Shown here: positions 43,926 through 54,564 of the stretch, one piece after another
Position numbering within the stretch: position 1 is the first letter of the stretch
Layout of the letters: every line of letters starts with the position of its first letter
From: an uncultured Actinomycetes bacterium
GTDB taxonomy: Bacteria; Actinomycetota; Acidimicrobiia; IMCC26256; DASPTH01
Length of the DNA: 64,000 bases
NCBI GenBank assembly: GCA_963725775.1
Contig: CAVRZT010000001.1
Coordinates: 1,036,209-1,100,208 of the forward strand
Direction: 5' to 3'
Position numbers and translations under genes: made by a program
The notes under the pieces: model-generated
Told to the model about the DNA's origin: nothing
The model's database searches: none
The model's input: only the letters and a program-made list of their open reading frames with translations

Positions 43926-44004
43926 GTGACCCCCCGGGCCGGTAACGAGAGTTTGGTACGATATCCCGCCGCCGTCACCGCCGACGCGGCTGGAAGAAAC
44001 GACG

Positions 44005-44850
44005 ATGACTGTCACGCACCTCTCCACCATCAAGGTCGAGCCCATCGCGGGCGCGCTCGGCGCCGAGATCTCCGGCGTCGACCTGGCGACCGAGCTCGAC
44101 GACGAGGTCGTCGCCGAGATCCGACGCGCGTGGTTGGACCACCTCGTCGTCTTCTTCCGCGACCAGCTCCTCTCGCCCGACGAGTTCCTCGCGTTCGCGC
44201 GCCGCATCGGCGAGCCGGTGGAGTATCCGTTCGTGAAGGGCCTCGACAGCCACCCCGAGATCATCGCGGTCACGAAGCTGCCGTACGAGACGGTGAACTT
44301 CGGCGGGATCTGGCACAGCGACACCGCGTACCTCGAGCGACCGCCGATGGCCACGATGCTGCTCGCCCGCGAAGTGCCGCCGCATGGAGGCGACACGATG
44401 TTCGCGAACATGTACCGCGCGTACGAGACGCTCTCGCCGGGGATGCGGCAGTTGCTCGACGGCATGCGGGCGGTCAACAGCTCCGCGCTGGCCGACGTCT
44501 CCAAGACGCGCGAAGACCGCATCCGCGACGCGGGGGTCGACGACGAGCAGCAGTACCTGGCCGAGCACCTGGTCGTGCGCACGCACCCCGAGACCGGCCG
44601 CAAGTCGCTCTACGTGAACCCGGCGCACACCGCGTCGTTCGCCGACCTCACCGAGGACGAGAGCCGGCCATTGCTCGAGTACCTGTTCCAGCACTCGATC
44701 CGCCCCGAGCTCACCTGCCGGTTCCGCTGGGAGGTCGGCTCGCTCGCGCTCTGGGACAACCGGTGCACCATGCACAACCCGATCAACGACTACCACGGGT
44801 ACACGCGGGTGATGCACCGCATCACGCTCGCGGGTGACGTCCCCCGCTGA
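44005..44850 (+). CDS. TauD-like dioxygenase
   Basis: GAEISGVDL, WHSDT, GGDTMF, WDNRCTMH. Confidence 0.93.
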   Translation: MTVTHLSTIKVEPIAGALGAEISGVDLATELDDEVVAEIRRAWLDHLVVFFRDQLLSPDEFLAFARRIGEPVEYPFVKGLDSHPEIIAVTKLPYETVNFGGIWHSDTAYLERPPMATMLLAREVPPHGGDTMFANMYRAYETLSPGMRQLLDGMRAVNSSALADVSKTREDRIRDAGVDDEQQYLAEHLVVRTHPETGRKSLYVNPAHTASFADLTEDESRPLLEYLFQHSIRPELTCRFRWEVGSLALWDNRCTMHNPINDYHGYTRVMHRITLAGDVPR

Positions 44851-44917
44851 CCCGCCGGCGCGGCGCCGATTCCACACTGGTGTTGACGGCGGGTCGCCGA
44901 GCCCGCAGAATGCCGCC

Positions 44918-46528
44918 GTGACCGCGGCCGAGCTGTTCCTCCGCGATCCCGAGAGCGACGCGATCGCCGCGCACTTCGAGGACCGCTCCTACACCCGGCG
45001 TGAGCTCGTCAGCGAGTCACGCCGCCGGGCGGCGTGGTGGGAGCGGGTCCGCGATCCCGCGGCGCCGCCGCACATCGGGGTGCTGCTCGACAACACCGCC
45101 GAGTACCTCTTCTGGCTCGGCGCCGCCGCGATCACCCGTTCGGTGGTGGTCGGCATCAACGCGACGTACCGGGGTGCCGAGCTGGCTCAGCTGATCGACC
45201 ACACCGACTGCCAGGTGCTCGTGACCTCCGAGGCGTACGCCGATCTCCTGGCCGCGGCACCGAGCCGGGTCACCGACGATCGCGTCTTCGTCACCGGGAC
45301 CGACGACTACACGGCGCGGCTGGCTTCGGTCGACGCCGACCACCCGGGAACGGCGGCGCTCGACGACGACCTGTACCTCCTCGTCTTCACCTCGGGAACG
45401 ACCGGGCTCCCCAAGGCGGTGCGTTGCACCCAGGGTCGCTTCGCCCGCACCGGGAAGCACGTCGCCAGCGTCGCCGGTCTCGGCCCCGGGTCGGCGGTGT
45501 ACGCGCCGCTGCCCATCTTCCACACCAGCTTCCTGTTCACCGGGCTGGCCAGCGCGCTCGAGGCGTCCGTCCCGATCGCGACGCGAGCGAAGTTCTCGGC
45601 GTCACGCGTCATGCCCGACATCCGTCGCACCGGGTCGACGATGCTGGCGTACACCGGGAAGGTCCTGAACTACATCCTCGCGGTGCCGCCCTCGCCCGAC
45701 GATGCTTCGTCGCCGCTCGAGTTCGCGTTCGGGAACGAAGCCTCGGAGTCCGACATCCGCGACTTCTCGGCGCGGTTCGACTGCCAGGTGCGCGACAGCT
45801 ACGGCTCGACCGAAGGGATGATCGTGATCCGGCGCGACGCGTCGATGCCGCGCGGTGCCCTCGGCCAAGCCGACGACACCATCGCGGTGTACGACCCCGA
45901 GAGCGGCCACGAGTGCCCACGTGCCGAGTTCGACGCGATGGGGCGACTGCTCAACGGCGACGTGGCGGTCGGCGAGATCGTGCACACGTCGCCCACCGAC
46001 ACCTTCGAGGGCTACTACCGCAACGAGGAGGCCCGCGCGTCGAAGGTGCGGGGCGGCATCTACTGGTCCGGCGATCTCGCGTACCGCGACGCCGCTGGGT
46101 GGTTCTTCTTCGCCGGTCGCTCGAACGAGTGGCTGCGGGTCGACGGCGAGAACTTCGCCGCCGCACCGGTCGAACGGATCGCGCTGCGCCATCCGGCGGT
46201 GCGCGCGGCCGCGGTGTACGCCGTGCCCGACGACCCGGTCGGCGACCGCGTGATGGTCGCGGTCGAGGTCGACGACCTCGACGCCTTCGACGTCGCCGAG
46301 TTCGACGAATTCGTGGCCGCGCAGCCGGATCTCGGACCCAAGTGGGTGCCGAGCTTCGTGCGGGTCGAGGCCGAACTGCCCAAGCTGGCGAGCATGAAGC
46401 TCGACAAGTCGCGGCTCCGTCGAGAGGGGTGGAGCGCCGATGGGGTCAGTTGGCGACCGAAGCGTGGCGAACCGCTGCGCCCGTTGACGCGAGACGACGT
46501 CGACGCGTTGGCCCACCTGTTGCCGTGA
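44918..46528 (+). CDS. Acyl-CoA synthetase, FadD1/FadD17-like
   Basis: FTSGTTGLPK, YGSTEG, WSGDLAY, RVDGENF; TTGACG and CAGAAT boxes before a leaderless GTG. Confidence 0.9.
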   Translation: MTAAELFLRDPESDAIAAHFEDRSYTRRELVSESRRRAAWWERVRDPAAPPHIGVLLDNTAEYLFWLGAAAITRSVVVGINATYRGAELAQLIDHTDCQVLVTSEAYADLLAAAPSRVTDDRVFVTGTDDYTARLASVDADHPGTAALDDDLYLLVFTSGTTGLPKAVRCTQGRFARTGKHVASVAGLGPGSAVYAPLPIFHTSFLFTGLASALEASVPIATRAKFSASRVMPDIRRTGSTMLAYTGKVLNYILAVPPSPDDASSPLEFAFGNEASESDIRDFSARFDCQVRDSYGSTEGMIVIRRDASMPRGALGQADDTIAVYDPESGHECPRAEFDAMGRLLNGDVAVGEIVHTSPTDTFEGYYRNEEARASKVRGGIYWSGDLAYRDAAGWFFFAGRSNEWLRVDGENFAAAPVERIALRHPAVRAAAVYAVPDDPVGDRVMVAVEVDDLDAFDVAEFDEFVAAQPDLGPKWVPSFVRVEAELPKLASMKLDKSRLRREGWSADGVSWRPKRGEPLRPLTRDDVDALAHLLP

Positions 46529-46557
46529 GCGTTCGCGTGGCCGCACCGACGACGAAC

Positions 46558-47229
46558 ATGAGCCGACGGCGCACGAGCGCGCAGCAGGAAGCCGCGCCCG
46601 GCTACCAGGCCCGACGCGAGGAGATCATCGCCGCCGCCGGTCATGCGTTCCTCGCCAAGGGCTACCGCGCGACGTCGTTCAAGGACATCGCCGAGGCGAT
46701 CGGGGTCGACCGCGCGTCGCTCTACTACTACTTCGAGAGCAAGCACGACCTGTTCCGGGTCGCCACCGGCGTGGCCGTGGCGCGCAACGTCGACGAGGCC
46801 GAACGGATCGCGCGCAGTGACGGTGCACCCACCGACAAGCTCGCCGAGATCGTGGCGAAGCTACTCGACTCCTACACGCGCACCGACTACCCGTACATGT
46901 TCATCTTCCTGCAGGAAGACGTGAATCGGATCACCGCCGATCCCGACGACCCGTGGGCGCGCGAGATGAACCAGCTCAGTCGCCGGTACGAGCAGGCGAT
47001 CACCGCGATCATCGAGGAGGGCGTGGCCGCCGGCGACTTCTCGCTCGCCGGCCCTCCGCACGTGCTGACCAAGGCCGTGATCGGGATGGCGAACTGGACC
47101 CACCGCTGGTACCGGTCCGACGGTGCGCTCAGCGCCGAGCAGATCGCCGACACCTTCGTGCAGACCTTTCTCCACGGAGTCACGACCCCACCGGAGACGC
47201 ACCTGCCGATCAGTTACGAGCTCGCGTGA
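46558..47229 (+). CDS. TetR-family regulator (KstR2-like)
   Basis: AKGYRATSFKDIAEAIGVDRASLYYYFESK, GMANWTHRWYR. Confidence 0.9.
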   Translation: MSRRRTSAQQEAAPGYQARREEIIAAAGHAFLAKGYRATSFKDIAEAIGVDRASLYYYFESKHDLFRVATGVAVARNVDEAERIARSDGAPTDKLAEIVAKLLDSYTRTDYPYMFIFLQEDVNRITADPDDPWAREMNQLSRRYEQAITAIIEEGVAAGDFSLAGPPHVLTKAVIGMANWTHRWYRSDGALSAEQIADTFVQTFLHGVTTPPETHLPISYELA

Positions 47230-47648
47230 GCTCCTCGATCCATCAACTCGACCATGATCCCGTCCGGATCACGCACGGTTGCCACCGCGGTCCCGTTGGC
47301 GAGCGTCGTGCGGCGCACGTCGGTGGCGCCGAGGGCGATGAGCCGCGCGAGCACGGGCTCGAGGGTGACGAGGAACGACAGCATGACCGTGCCGGTCGCG
47401 GGCGCCGACGGTGCCGGGCCGACGGGCACCGGTTCGGCCAAGGTGAGGAGCTCGACCTGACCGACGTGGGGATCGTCGGGGCTCCCGAGGATGACGGCGC
47501 GCAGCCGGGTCGACGTCACGCCGAGCAGCGTCGGCCAGTCGCCGTCGAACTCGCGGTCGACGAGCACCGAGCAGCCCACCCCGTCGCGGTGGAACCGGAG
47601 GCTGCGCTCGGCGTCGTCGACGAAGAGGACGACGTGGTGCAGCTGCAT
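47214..47648 (-). CDS. VOC/glyoxalase family protein
   Basis: LHHVVLFVDDAERSLRFH...VRDPDGIMVEL. Confidence 0.85.
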   Translation of the reverse strand: MQLHHVVLFVDDAERSLRFHRDGVGCSVLVDREFDGDWPTLLGVTSTRLRAVILGSPDDPHVGQVELLTLAEPVPVGPAPSAPATGTVMLSFLVTLEPVLARLIALGATDVRRTTLANGTAVATVRDPDGIMVELMDRGAHASS

Positions 47649-47701
47649 GGCGAACGAGCCTACGGGCGTAAGGTTCCTGACGACCGAGGAACGGAGCACT
47701 G

Positions 47702-48121
47702 ATGGCGCAGGTACCGGTGGCCGAAGGCGTCTTCACCTGGCCCGCCGACGAGCCGCAATTGATCGGCAGCCGGTGCACGGAGTGCGGGATCATCACGTTC
47801 CCGACCCAGGACTCGTGCCCCCGGTGCGCGTCGACCGCCATGGAAGACCAGCTGCTCGCCCGACGCGGTCGGCTCTGGGCGTGGACCACGCAGTCGTTCC
47901 CGCCCCCACCGCCGTACGCGGGGCCCACCGGTGCCGACTTCGTGCCGTTCGGGGTCGGGTACGTCGAGCTGCCCGGTGAGGTGAAGGTGGAGTCCCGCCT
48001 CACGGAGTCCGATCCCGACCGGCTCGCCAACGGGATGGAGATGGAGCTGGTGATCGTCCCGTTCCGCACCGACGACGACGGCAACGAGGTCGTCACGTTC
48101 GCGTTCCAGCCCGTCGTCTGA
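47702..48121 (+). CDS. DUF35 Zn-ribbon/OB-fold protein
   Basis: CTECG..FP...CPRC, PFGVGYVELPG. Confidence 0.9.
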   Translation: MAQVPVAEGVFTWPADEPQLIGSRCTECGIITFPTQDSCPRCASTAMEDQLLARRGRLWAWTTQSFPPPPPYAGPTGADFVPFGVGYVELPGEVKVESRLTESDPDRLANGMEMELVIVPFRTDDDGNEVVTFAFQPVV

Positions 48122-48131
48122 AGGGGCAAGC

Positions 48132-49281
48132 ATGAGCATGGACGTCGCCATTGTCGGAGTCGGGCTGCACCCATTCGGGCGCTTCGCCGGGATGACCGGC
48201 ATCGAGATGGGGGCGGTCGCCATCCGCAACACCCTCGCCGACGCCGGGGTGAGCTGGGGCGACATCCAGTTCGCGTTCGCGGGCAGCTACGAGATCGACA
48301 ATCCCGACGCGGTCGTGGCGCTGTTGGGCCTCACCGGCATCCCGTTCACCGACGTGTACAACGGGTGCGCGACGGCCGCGAGCGCGCTGACGCTCGCGGC
48401 CAACACCATCCGCCTGGGCGACCACGACCTCGGGATCGCGGTGGGAATGGACAAGCACCCGCCGGGCGCGTTCGGCGCCGACCCGCGCCTGTACGCGTGC
48501 CCGTCGTGGTACGGCGAGGTCGGCCAGTTCGTCACCACGAAGTTCTTCGGCATGAAGATCAACAAGTACATGACCGACCACGGCATCTCGCACTCCACGT
48601 TGGCGAAGGTCGCGGCGAAGAACTACCGCAACGGCTCACTGAACCCGAACGCCTTCCGGCGCAAGCCACTGTCCGAGGAGGAGATCCTCGGGTCGACGAT
48701 GCTGAACTACCCGCTCACGCAGTACATGTTCTGCACCCCCGACGAAGGTGCGGCCGCGGTGGTGTTGTGCAAGGCCGAGCACGCACACCGCTACACCGAC
48801 ACGCCCGTCTACCTGCGCGGCGACAACGGTGCGAACGCGCCGGCTCGGCGCGTTCGAGGTGCACAGCCCGTGGCTCCCGATCGAGCAGACGGTGGGTCCG
48901 ACCGTCGACGCGTCGCGACAGGCCTACGAGATGGCGGGCATCGGGCCCGAGGACGTCGACGTCATCCAGCTGCAGGACACCGACGCCGGCGCCGAGGTGA
49001 TCCACCTCGCCGAGAACGGCTTCTGCGCCGACGGCGAGCAGGAGGCGCTCGTCGCCGACGGCGCGCTCGAGATCGACGGCCCGCTGCCGGTGAACACCGA
49101 CGGCGGCCTCATCGCCAACGGCGAACCCATCGGCGCCTCCGGGTTGCGCCAGATCCACGAGGTCGTCCGCCAGCTGCGCGGGCAGGCGGGTGACCGGCAG
49201 GTTCCCGGTAACCCGAAGGTCGGCTACACGCAGCTGTACGGCGCGCCCGGCACCGCGGGCGTCTCGATCCTGTCGGTCTGA
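48132..49281 (+). CDS. SCP2-type thiolase family protein (frameshift near 48820)
   Basis: NGCATA, DEGAAA, QLQDTD, NTDGGLIANGEPIGASG. Confidence 0.9.
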
Positions 49282-49293
49282 CCCCCGGCGCGA

Positions 49294-50464
49294 TCAGTAA
49301 CTGCGCGGCAGCCCCATCACGTTCTGCGCGAGGTAGTTGAGCGTCATCTCCTGGGTCACCGGCGCGATGCGCTGCAGGCGCGCCTCGCGCCAGTACCGCT
49401 CGACGTGGTACTCCGACGCGTAGCCCATGCCGCCGAGGGTCTGCACCGCGCGGTCGGCGGCGTAGAACGATGCGTCCGCGGCGAGGTACTTGGCGGTGTT
49501 GGCCGCCTCGCCGCATTCGAGGCCGGCGTCGTAGCGACGCCCGGCGTGCAGCGCCATCATCCACGCGGCGCGGCAGTTGCGCGTGCGCGTGCGCCAGGGG
49601 ATGGCTGATCGCCTGGTTGGCACCGATGGGACGGTCGAACACGATCCGTTCCTTGGCGTAGGCGACCGCGCGGTCGAGCGCGACCTCACCGATCCCGCAC
49701 GCCTCCGACGCCAGCAGCACGCGCTCGGGGTTCAACCCGTGCAGGAGCAACCGGAATCCCTCGTTCTCCTCGCCGAGCAGCCGCCAGCTCTCCACCGGCA
49801 GGCCGTCGTACGCGACCTCGCACGAGGCGACCGCGTTGCGCCCGACCTTGGGGATGGCGCGGATGTCGACGTAGTCGAGGTCGAGGTCGGCGAGGAAGAG
49901 GCTGAGGCCCTTGAGGCCGCTGTCGGCGTCGCCGGTGCGGGCGATGAGCAGCACCACCTCCGATTCGAGCGCCTTGCTGGTCCAGATCTTGCGTCCGTGG
50001 ATGCGCCACCCCCCGTTGCCGTCGGGGACGGCGCGGGTGGTGATGCGACCGGTGTCGGTGCCGGCGTCGGGCTCGGTGACACCGAACGCGACGTGGAGCT
50101 CGCCCGCGGCGGCACGGGGGAGGAACGTCTCCTTGAGGCGGTCGTTGCCGAACTTCACCACCGGGTTGAGCCCGAACACGGTGAGGTGCACGGCGGAGCA
50201 GCCGTTCATCGCCGCGCCACTCGCGGCGATCTCGTGGAGCATCACCGCGGCGTCGGTGATGCCCCGGCCGCCGCCGCCGTACTCCTCGGGGATCGCGAGC
50301 CCCAACCAGCCGCCCTCGGCCAACCGCGCGTAGAAGTCCCACGGGAACTCGTGGTCCCGGTCGTGCTGCGCCCAGTAGTCGTCGTCGAACCCGCTGCAGA
50401 CGTCGCGGATCGCGTCGGCGATCAGGATCTGGTCGTCGTCGAGGAGCTCGTCGGTGGCGGCCAC
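49294..50464 (-). CDS. Acyl-CoA dehydrogenase (frameshift near 49575)
   Basis: IPEEYGGGG, FGVTEPDAGTD, LNPER, GGMGYASEYHVERYWRE. Confidence 0.9.
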
Positions 50465-50507
50465 GGGGGCAGTCTGCCACCCGTCTCCGCCGCCGCCGGG
50501 AGCGAGC

Positions 50508-50525
50508 TTGTACCGACCGGTCCAA
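50508..50525. promoter_or_regulatory. TetR-type operator (second copy)
   Basis: TTGTACCGACCGGTCCAA matches the core of the 41553 palindrome at 16/18; next to a TAGTAT -10 box. Confidence 0.68.
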
Positions 50526-50545
50526 TCGCTTCTAGTATCTGCCCC

Positions 50546-51833
50546 GTGACCGACTTCGATGCGATGGACTTCTTCCGCGACGACGCGTTCGTCGCCGACC
50601 CGTTCCCGTACTTCGAGTTCCTGCGCGAGCAGTGCCCGGTGCAGCGCGAACCGCACCACGACGTCGTGATGATCACGGGGTACGACGAAGCGGTCGAGGT
50701 CTACAACGACACCGAGCGGTTCTCGTCGTGCACGTCGGTGAGCGGTCCGTTTCCCGGGTTCCCGGTGCCGCTCGTCGGCGACGACGTCAGCGAGCTCATC
50801 GAGGCACACCGCGACGAGCTCCCGATGAGCGACCAGATCATCACGTTCGATCCGCCACTGCACACCGACCACCGTTCCCTCTTGATGCGACTGATCACGC
50901 CGAAGCGCCTCAAGGAGAACGAGGAGTTCATGTGGCGCCTCGCCGATCGCCAACTCGACACGTTCCTCGCCCGTGGGAGGTGCGAGTTCATCCACGAGTA
51001 CGCCGGTCCCTTCGCATTGCTGGTCATCGCCGATCTGCTCGGAGTGCCCGAAACGGACCACCCGGAATTCCAGGCCGCGCTCCTGCGCCGTCCGGACGCT
51101 GGCGCGGTCGGGAGCGTCGGCGACGACACGCTGGCGCACTCGCCGCTCGAGTACCTCTACGAGAAGTTCTCGGCGTACGTCGAGGACCGCCGCCGCGCTC
51201 CGACCAGCGACATCCTCACCGGACTGGCCACCGCGACGTTCCCCGACGGGTCAACCCCCGAGGTCATCGACGTCGTACGCGTGGCAGCGAACGTCTTCGC
51301 CGCCGGGCAGGAGACCACCGTCCGGCTCTTGAGCTCGGCGGTGAAGCAGATCGCCGAGGAGCCTGACCTGCAGAAGTTGTTGCGCGACGACCGGGCCCGC
51401 ATCCCGAACTTCATCGAGGAGATGCTCCGGACCGAGAGCCCGGTCAAGGGCGACTTCCGCCTGTCGCGCGTGCCGACGACGATCGGCGGCGTGGATCTCC
51501 CGGCCGGCACGACGGTGATGCTGCTGAACGCCGCCGCGAACCGCGACCCGCGCCGGTTCGACGCGCCGGCAACGTTCGACATCAATCGGGCCAACGCCCG
51601 CCAGCACATCGCATTCGGGCGTGGGGCGCACACCTGCCCCGGCTCGCCGCTCGCGCGCGGAGACGCGGGTGAGCATCGAGCGGCTCCTCGACCGGACGAC
51701 CGACATCAGCATCTCCGAAGCGGAGCACGGGCCCGCCGACGCCCGCCGCTACCAGTACGTGCCGACCTTCATCCTGCGGGGCCTCACCCAGCTCCACCTC
51801 GAGTTCACGCCCGTCGCGGGCGAGGCTCGATGA
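50546..51833 (+). CDS. Cytochrome P450 (frameshift near 51660)
   Basis: DPPLH, AGQETT, EEMLR, ANRDP, FGRGAHTCPG. Confidence 0.93.
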
Positions 51834-52021
51834 AGGTCGCGGTCGATGCCGACCGCTGCCGCGGTCACGGCGTCTGCTGGTCGCTCTGTCCCGAGGTGTT
51901 CACCCTGCTCGACGACGGGTACACCGTCGTCGAGGTGCCGGAGGTCCCACCCGAGTTCGAGGACGCCGTGCGCGCCGCGGTCAACCAATGCCCCGAGCAC
52001 GCCATCACCGCCGAGCGTTGA
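51830..52021 (+). CDS. P450-associated ferredoxin
   Basis: MKVAVDADRCRGHGVCWSLCPEVF...CPEHAI (CxxHxxC...CP). Confidence 0.92.
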   Translation: MKVAVDADRCRGHGVCWSLCPEVFTLLDDGYTVVEVPEVPPEFEDAVRAAVNQCPEHAITAER

Positions 52022-52034
52022 CTGCGGCGATCGG

Positions 52035-52472
52035 TCACGCGGCGGCGGGTGCCTCGATGGAGTCGAGCTCGTCCTCGTCGATCTGCTCGGTGCGGGACGC
52101 GCCCCGGAGCCACACGAACACCGCGCCGGTGAAGAGCAGCACCGTGCCGACGAGCACCGCGTAGCGCATCCCGGTGGTGAACGCCTCGCGGGCGGCGTCG
52201 GCCAGGGCGTCGCCTCCGGGGATCCGCCCCGCGAGCTGCACCGCGATCGCAGGTGCTTCGCGCGCCTGGTGCGCGACGTCGGCGGGGAACCGCGCGAGGT
52301 CGGCGTCGATGTCGTTGCGGTACCCGATGTTGAACGCGCTGCCGAGCACCGCGACGCCGAACGCGGCACCGAGCTCGCGCGCGGTGTCGTTGACCGCCGA
52401 CGCGACCCCCTGCTTCGCGCGCGGGAGTGACGCGACGATGGCGTTGGTCGCCGGCGTCATCGCGAGGGCCGT
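52035..52472 (-). pseudogene. C-terminal fragment of a DHA2 MFS transporter
   Basis: ALAMTPATNAIVASLP..QGVASAVNDTARELGAAFGVAVLG; the N-terminal ~2/3 is absent. Confidence 0.8.
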
Positions 52473-52723
52473 CTCGCCGCCGAGGCCATGTTGGCGATGC
52501 TCGACGCGAACGAGGGTGAGCCGAGTCCGTGTGAAGCCATGCGTCACTCGGGGGCCGCGCTGCTCGCGCGCGGCAGGCGTCGGGTGAGGTGCGTGAGGGC
52601 GTCGACATCGACGACCTCGTGCGGATGGTGCAGGCGATCCGGCTCGCCGCCGACGACAGCACCGATTCCGGTGCCGCCGAACGGCTGTTCGCGTTCATGC
52701 TCGACGGGGTCAGGCCCGGCTGA
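52471..52723 (+). pseudogene. C-terminal fragment of a TetR regulator
   Basis: LAAEAML...GAALLAR..ASGEVR.GVDIDDLVRMVQAI...ERLFAFMLDGVRPG; no HTH. Confidence 0.65.
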
Positions 52724-52730
52724 TCCAACG

Positions 52731-53657
52731 TCAGCGGTCGAGCTGGAGCCCCAGCCACTCGGTCACGATCTGGCCCCAGCGCCTCGCCACCACCGAGTCC
52801 ATGAACATCTGCACGCCGTGCGGTGCACCCGGGAGCACGTGGAGCTCGGTGGGCACGCCCGACTGGTTGAGGCGCAGCGCGTACCCGATGTCCTCGTCGC
52901 GAAAGCCGTCGGCACCGCCGACGATCACGAGCGCGGGCGGGAGGCCCACGAGGTTCTCCGCACGCGCGGCGGCCGCGTACGGCGGGATGTCGTCGCTCCC
53001 GTAGAGGTCGCCGAGGTAGCTGCGCCAGCCGAACTCGTTCGACTCGCGACTCCAGATCGGGAGGCCGTCGAGCCGGCTCGACGACGTGGTCTGGCGATCG
53101 TCGATCATCGGGCACTCGAGCAGCTGGAATGCCAGCGACACCTCGCCGCGGTCACGCGCGAGCAGCGCCAGACCCGCGGCCAGCCCGCCGCCGGCGCTGA
53201 CCCCGGCGATGCCGATGCGGGCGCGGTCGATGCCGAGGTCGTCGGCGTGGTCGTACGTCCAGCGCAACCCCGCGTAGCAATCGTCGAGCGGACCCGGGTA
53301 GGGCGTCTCCGGGGCGAGGCGGTACTCCACCGACACGCCCACGCAGGGGAACCGCGTGCACTGGCGGTCGAAGCGGGCGTCGTCCATCGCGTAGGTGCCG
53401 AGGACGTAGCCGCCCCCGTGGACGGAGTACACGCACGGCAACGGTCCGGCCACGCCCTTCGGACGGTGGACGCGCACGACGACGTATGGATCCTGGCTCA
53501 CCACGTGGTCGGTGCGCTCGACCGCGTCGGAGAGCTCGACCTGGAACTGGGCGTTGCGCAGGTCGCGGAGGGCGGGGAGCGCGTCGACCGAGAGCTGGAA
53601 GGCGGGGGCGAGTTCGAGGAGGGGAGCGATCTCGGGGTCGAGGATCACGGCGTCCAT
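52731..53657 (-). CDS. HSL-family esterase/lipase
   Basis: HGGGY, YRLAPE, GVSAGG, DGFRDE, PHG. Confidence 0.93.
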   Translation of the reverse strand: MDAVILDPEIAPLLELAPAFQLSVDALPALRDLRNAQFQVELSDAVERTDHVVSQDPYVVVRVHRPKGVAGPLPCVYSVHGGGYVLGTYAMDDARFDRQCTRFPCVGVSVEYRLAPETPYPGPLDDCYAGLRWTYDHADDLGIDRARIGIAGVSAGGGLAAGLALLARDRGEVSLAFQLLECPMIDDRQTTSSSRLDGLPIWSRESNEFGWRSYLGDLYGSDDIPPYAAAARAENLVGLPPALVIVGGADGFRDEDIGYALRLNQSGVPTELHVLPGAPHGVQMFMDSVVARRWGQIVTEWLGLQLDR

Positions 53658-53694
53658 GTCGACTCCTGGGGGAAGTTCGGCGAGAATCGGGGGC

Positions 53695-54153
53695 GTGACG
53701 GACCCTACGACCTTCCGTGGGCCGATCGCACCCGAGTCGCCGGCGACGACCGCCGACCGCCTCGCGGTGTGCCGGCTCGCTCCCACCTACGCGTTCGGCA
53801 TCGACTCACGCGACGAAGCGCTCGTGCGCAGTGTGTTCGCGCCCGACGCAGTGCTCGTCGGCACGCTGGGAGAAGCGCCCGTCGACGAGTACGTACCGCG
53901 CCTGCTCGCCGGCGTCGCCAACTACGAAGCCACGATGCACAACATCACCAACCAGTACGCGGCGATGGCCGGCGACGAGGCCGACGTGTGGAGCTACGCG
54001 GTGGCGATCCACCTCGCCCCCGCCGATTCGGGGCGCGCCGATCTCACCATGGGCGTGCAGTACCGAGATCACGCCCGGCGCATCGACGGCGGGTGGTTGA
54101 TCGGGCACCGCCACACGGTGAAGCTCTGGGCTCGCGGGCCGCTTCCCGGCTGA
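53695..54153 (+). CDS. SnoaL_4/NTF2-like protein
   Basis: YAFGIDSRD, ATMHNITN, GVQYRD...GGWLI. Confidence 0.85.
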   Translation: MTDPTTFRGPIAPESPATTADRLAVCRLAPTYAFGIDSRDEALVRSVFAPDAVLVGTLGEAPVDEYVPRLLAGVANYEATMHNITNQYAAMAGDEADVWSYAVAIHLAPADSGRADLTMGVQYRDHARRIDGGWLIGHRHTVKLWARGPLPG

Positions 54154-54181
54154 CCCGCCCGAACCGCGACAGAATGCGCCG

Positions 54182-54553
54182 ATGGAGACCGATGTTGAGG
54201 CAGAACAGCGGGCGCGCTACCTCGTCGCCATGGAAGCGGTGGCCGTGGCGAGCGACCGCATGATCGACGCGCTGCGCGACGCGCAGCACGCCCGGGGCAT
54301 CGTCCGCGAGCACATGGCCCAGGGTGGCCGGCTGTCCGACCTCGAGCACATCATCCAGCCCGGACCCCTGCGGGCCTCGGTGTCGAACGGAATCGTGGAG
54401 CTCGAACGGACCCGGCACGAGGCGCAGCGGCTCCTGTTCCAGCTGCTGCAGGCGGAGGGTCAGAGCATGACCGACATCGGGCGGACCTGGGGGATCTCCC
54501 GCCAACTGGTGTCGCGCCTGGTCAACGAAGTGACCGAGGACGCCTCGCCGTAG
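54182..54553 (+). CDS. Small protein with C-terminal HTH
   Basis: EGQSMTDIGRTWGISRQLVSRL. Confidence 0.7.
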   Translation: METDVEAEQRARYLVAMEAVAVASDRMIDALRDAQHARGIVREHMAQGGRLSDLEHIIQPGPLRASVSNGIVELERTRHEAQRLLFQLLQAEGQSMTDIGRTWGISRQLVSRLVNEVTEDASP

Positions 54554-54564
54554 GCTGTTCCACT

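Noticed and set aside
49577-52021. 814-aa ORF suggesting a P450-ferredoxin fusion
   Set aside because: A frameshift near 51660 shifts the P450 into the ferredoxin frame; the real P450 C-terminus ends at 51833 with an ATGA overlap.
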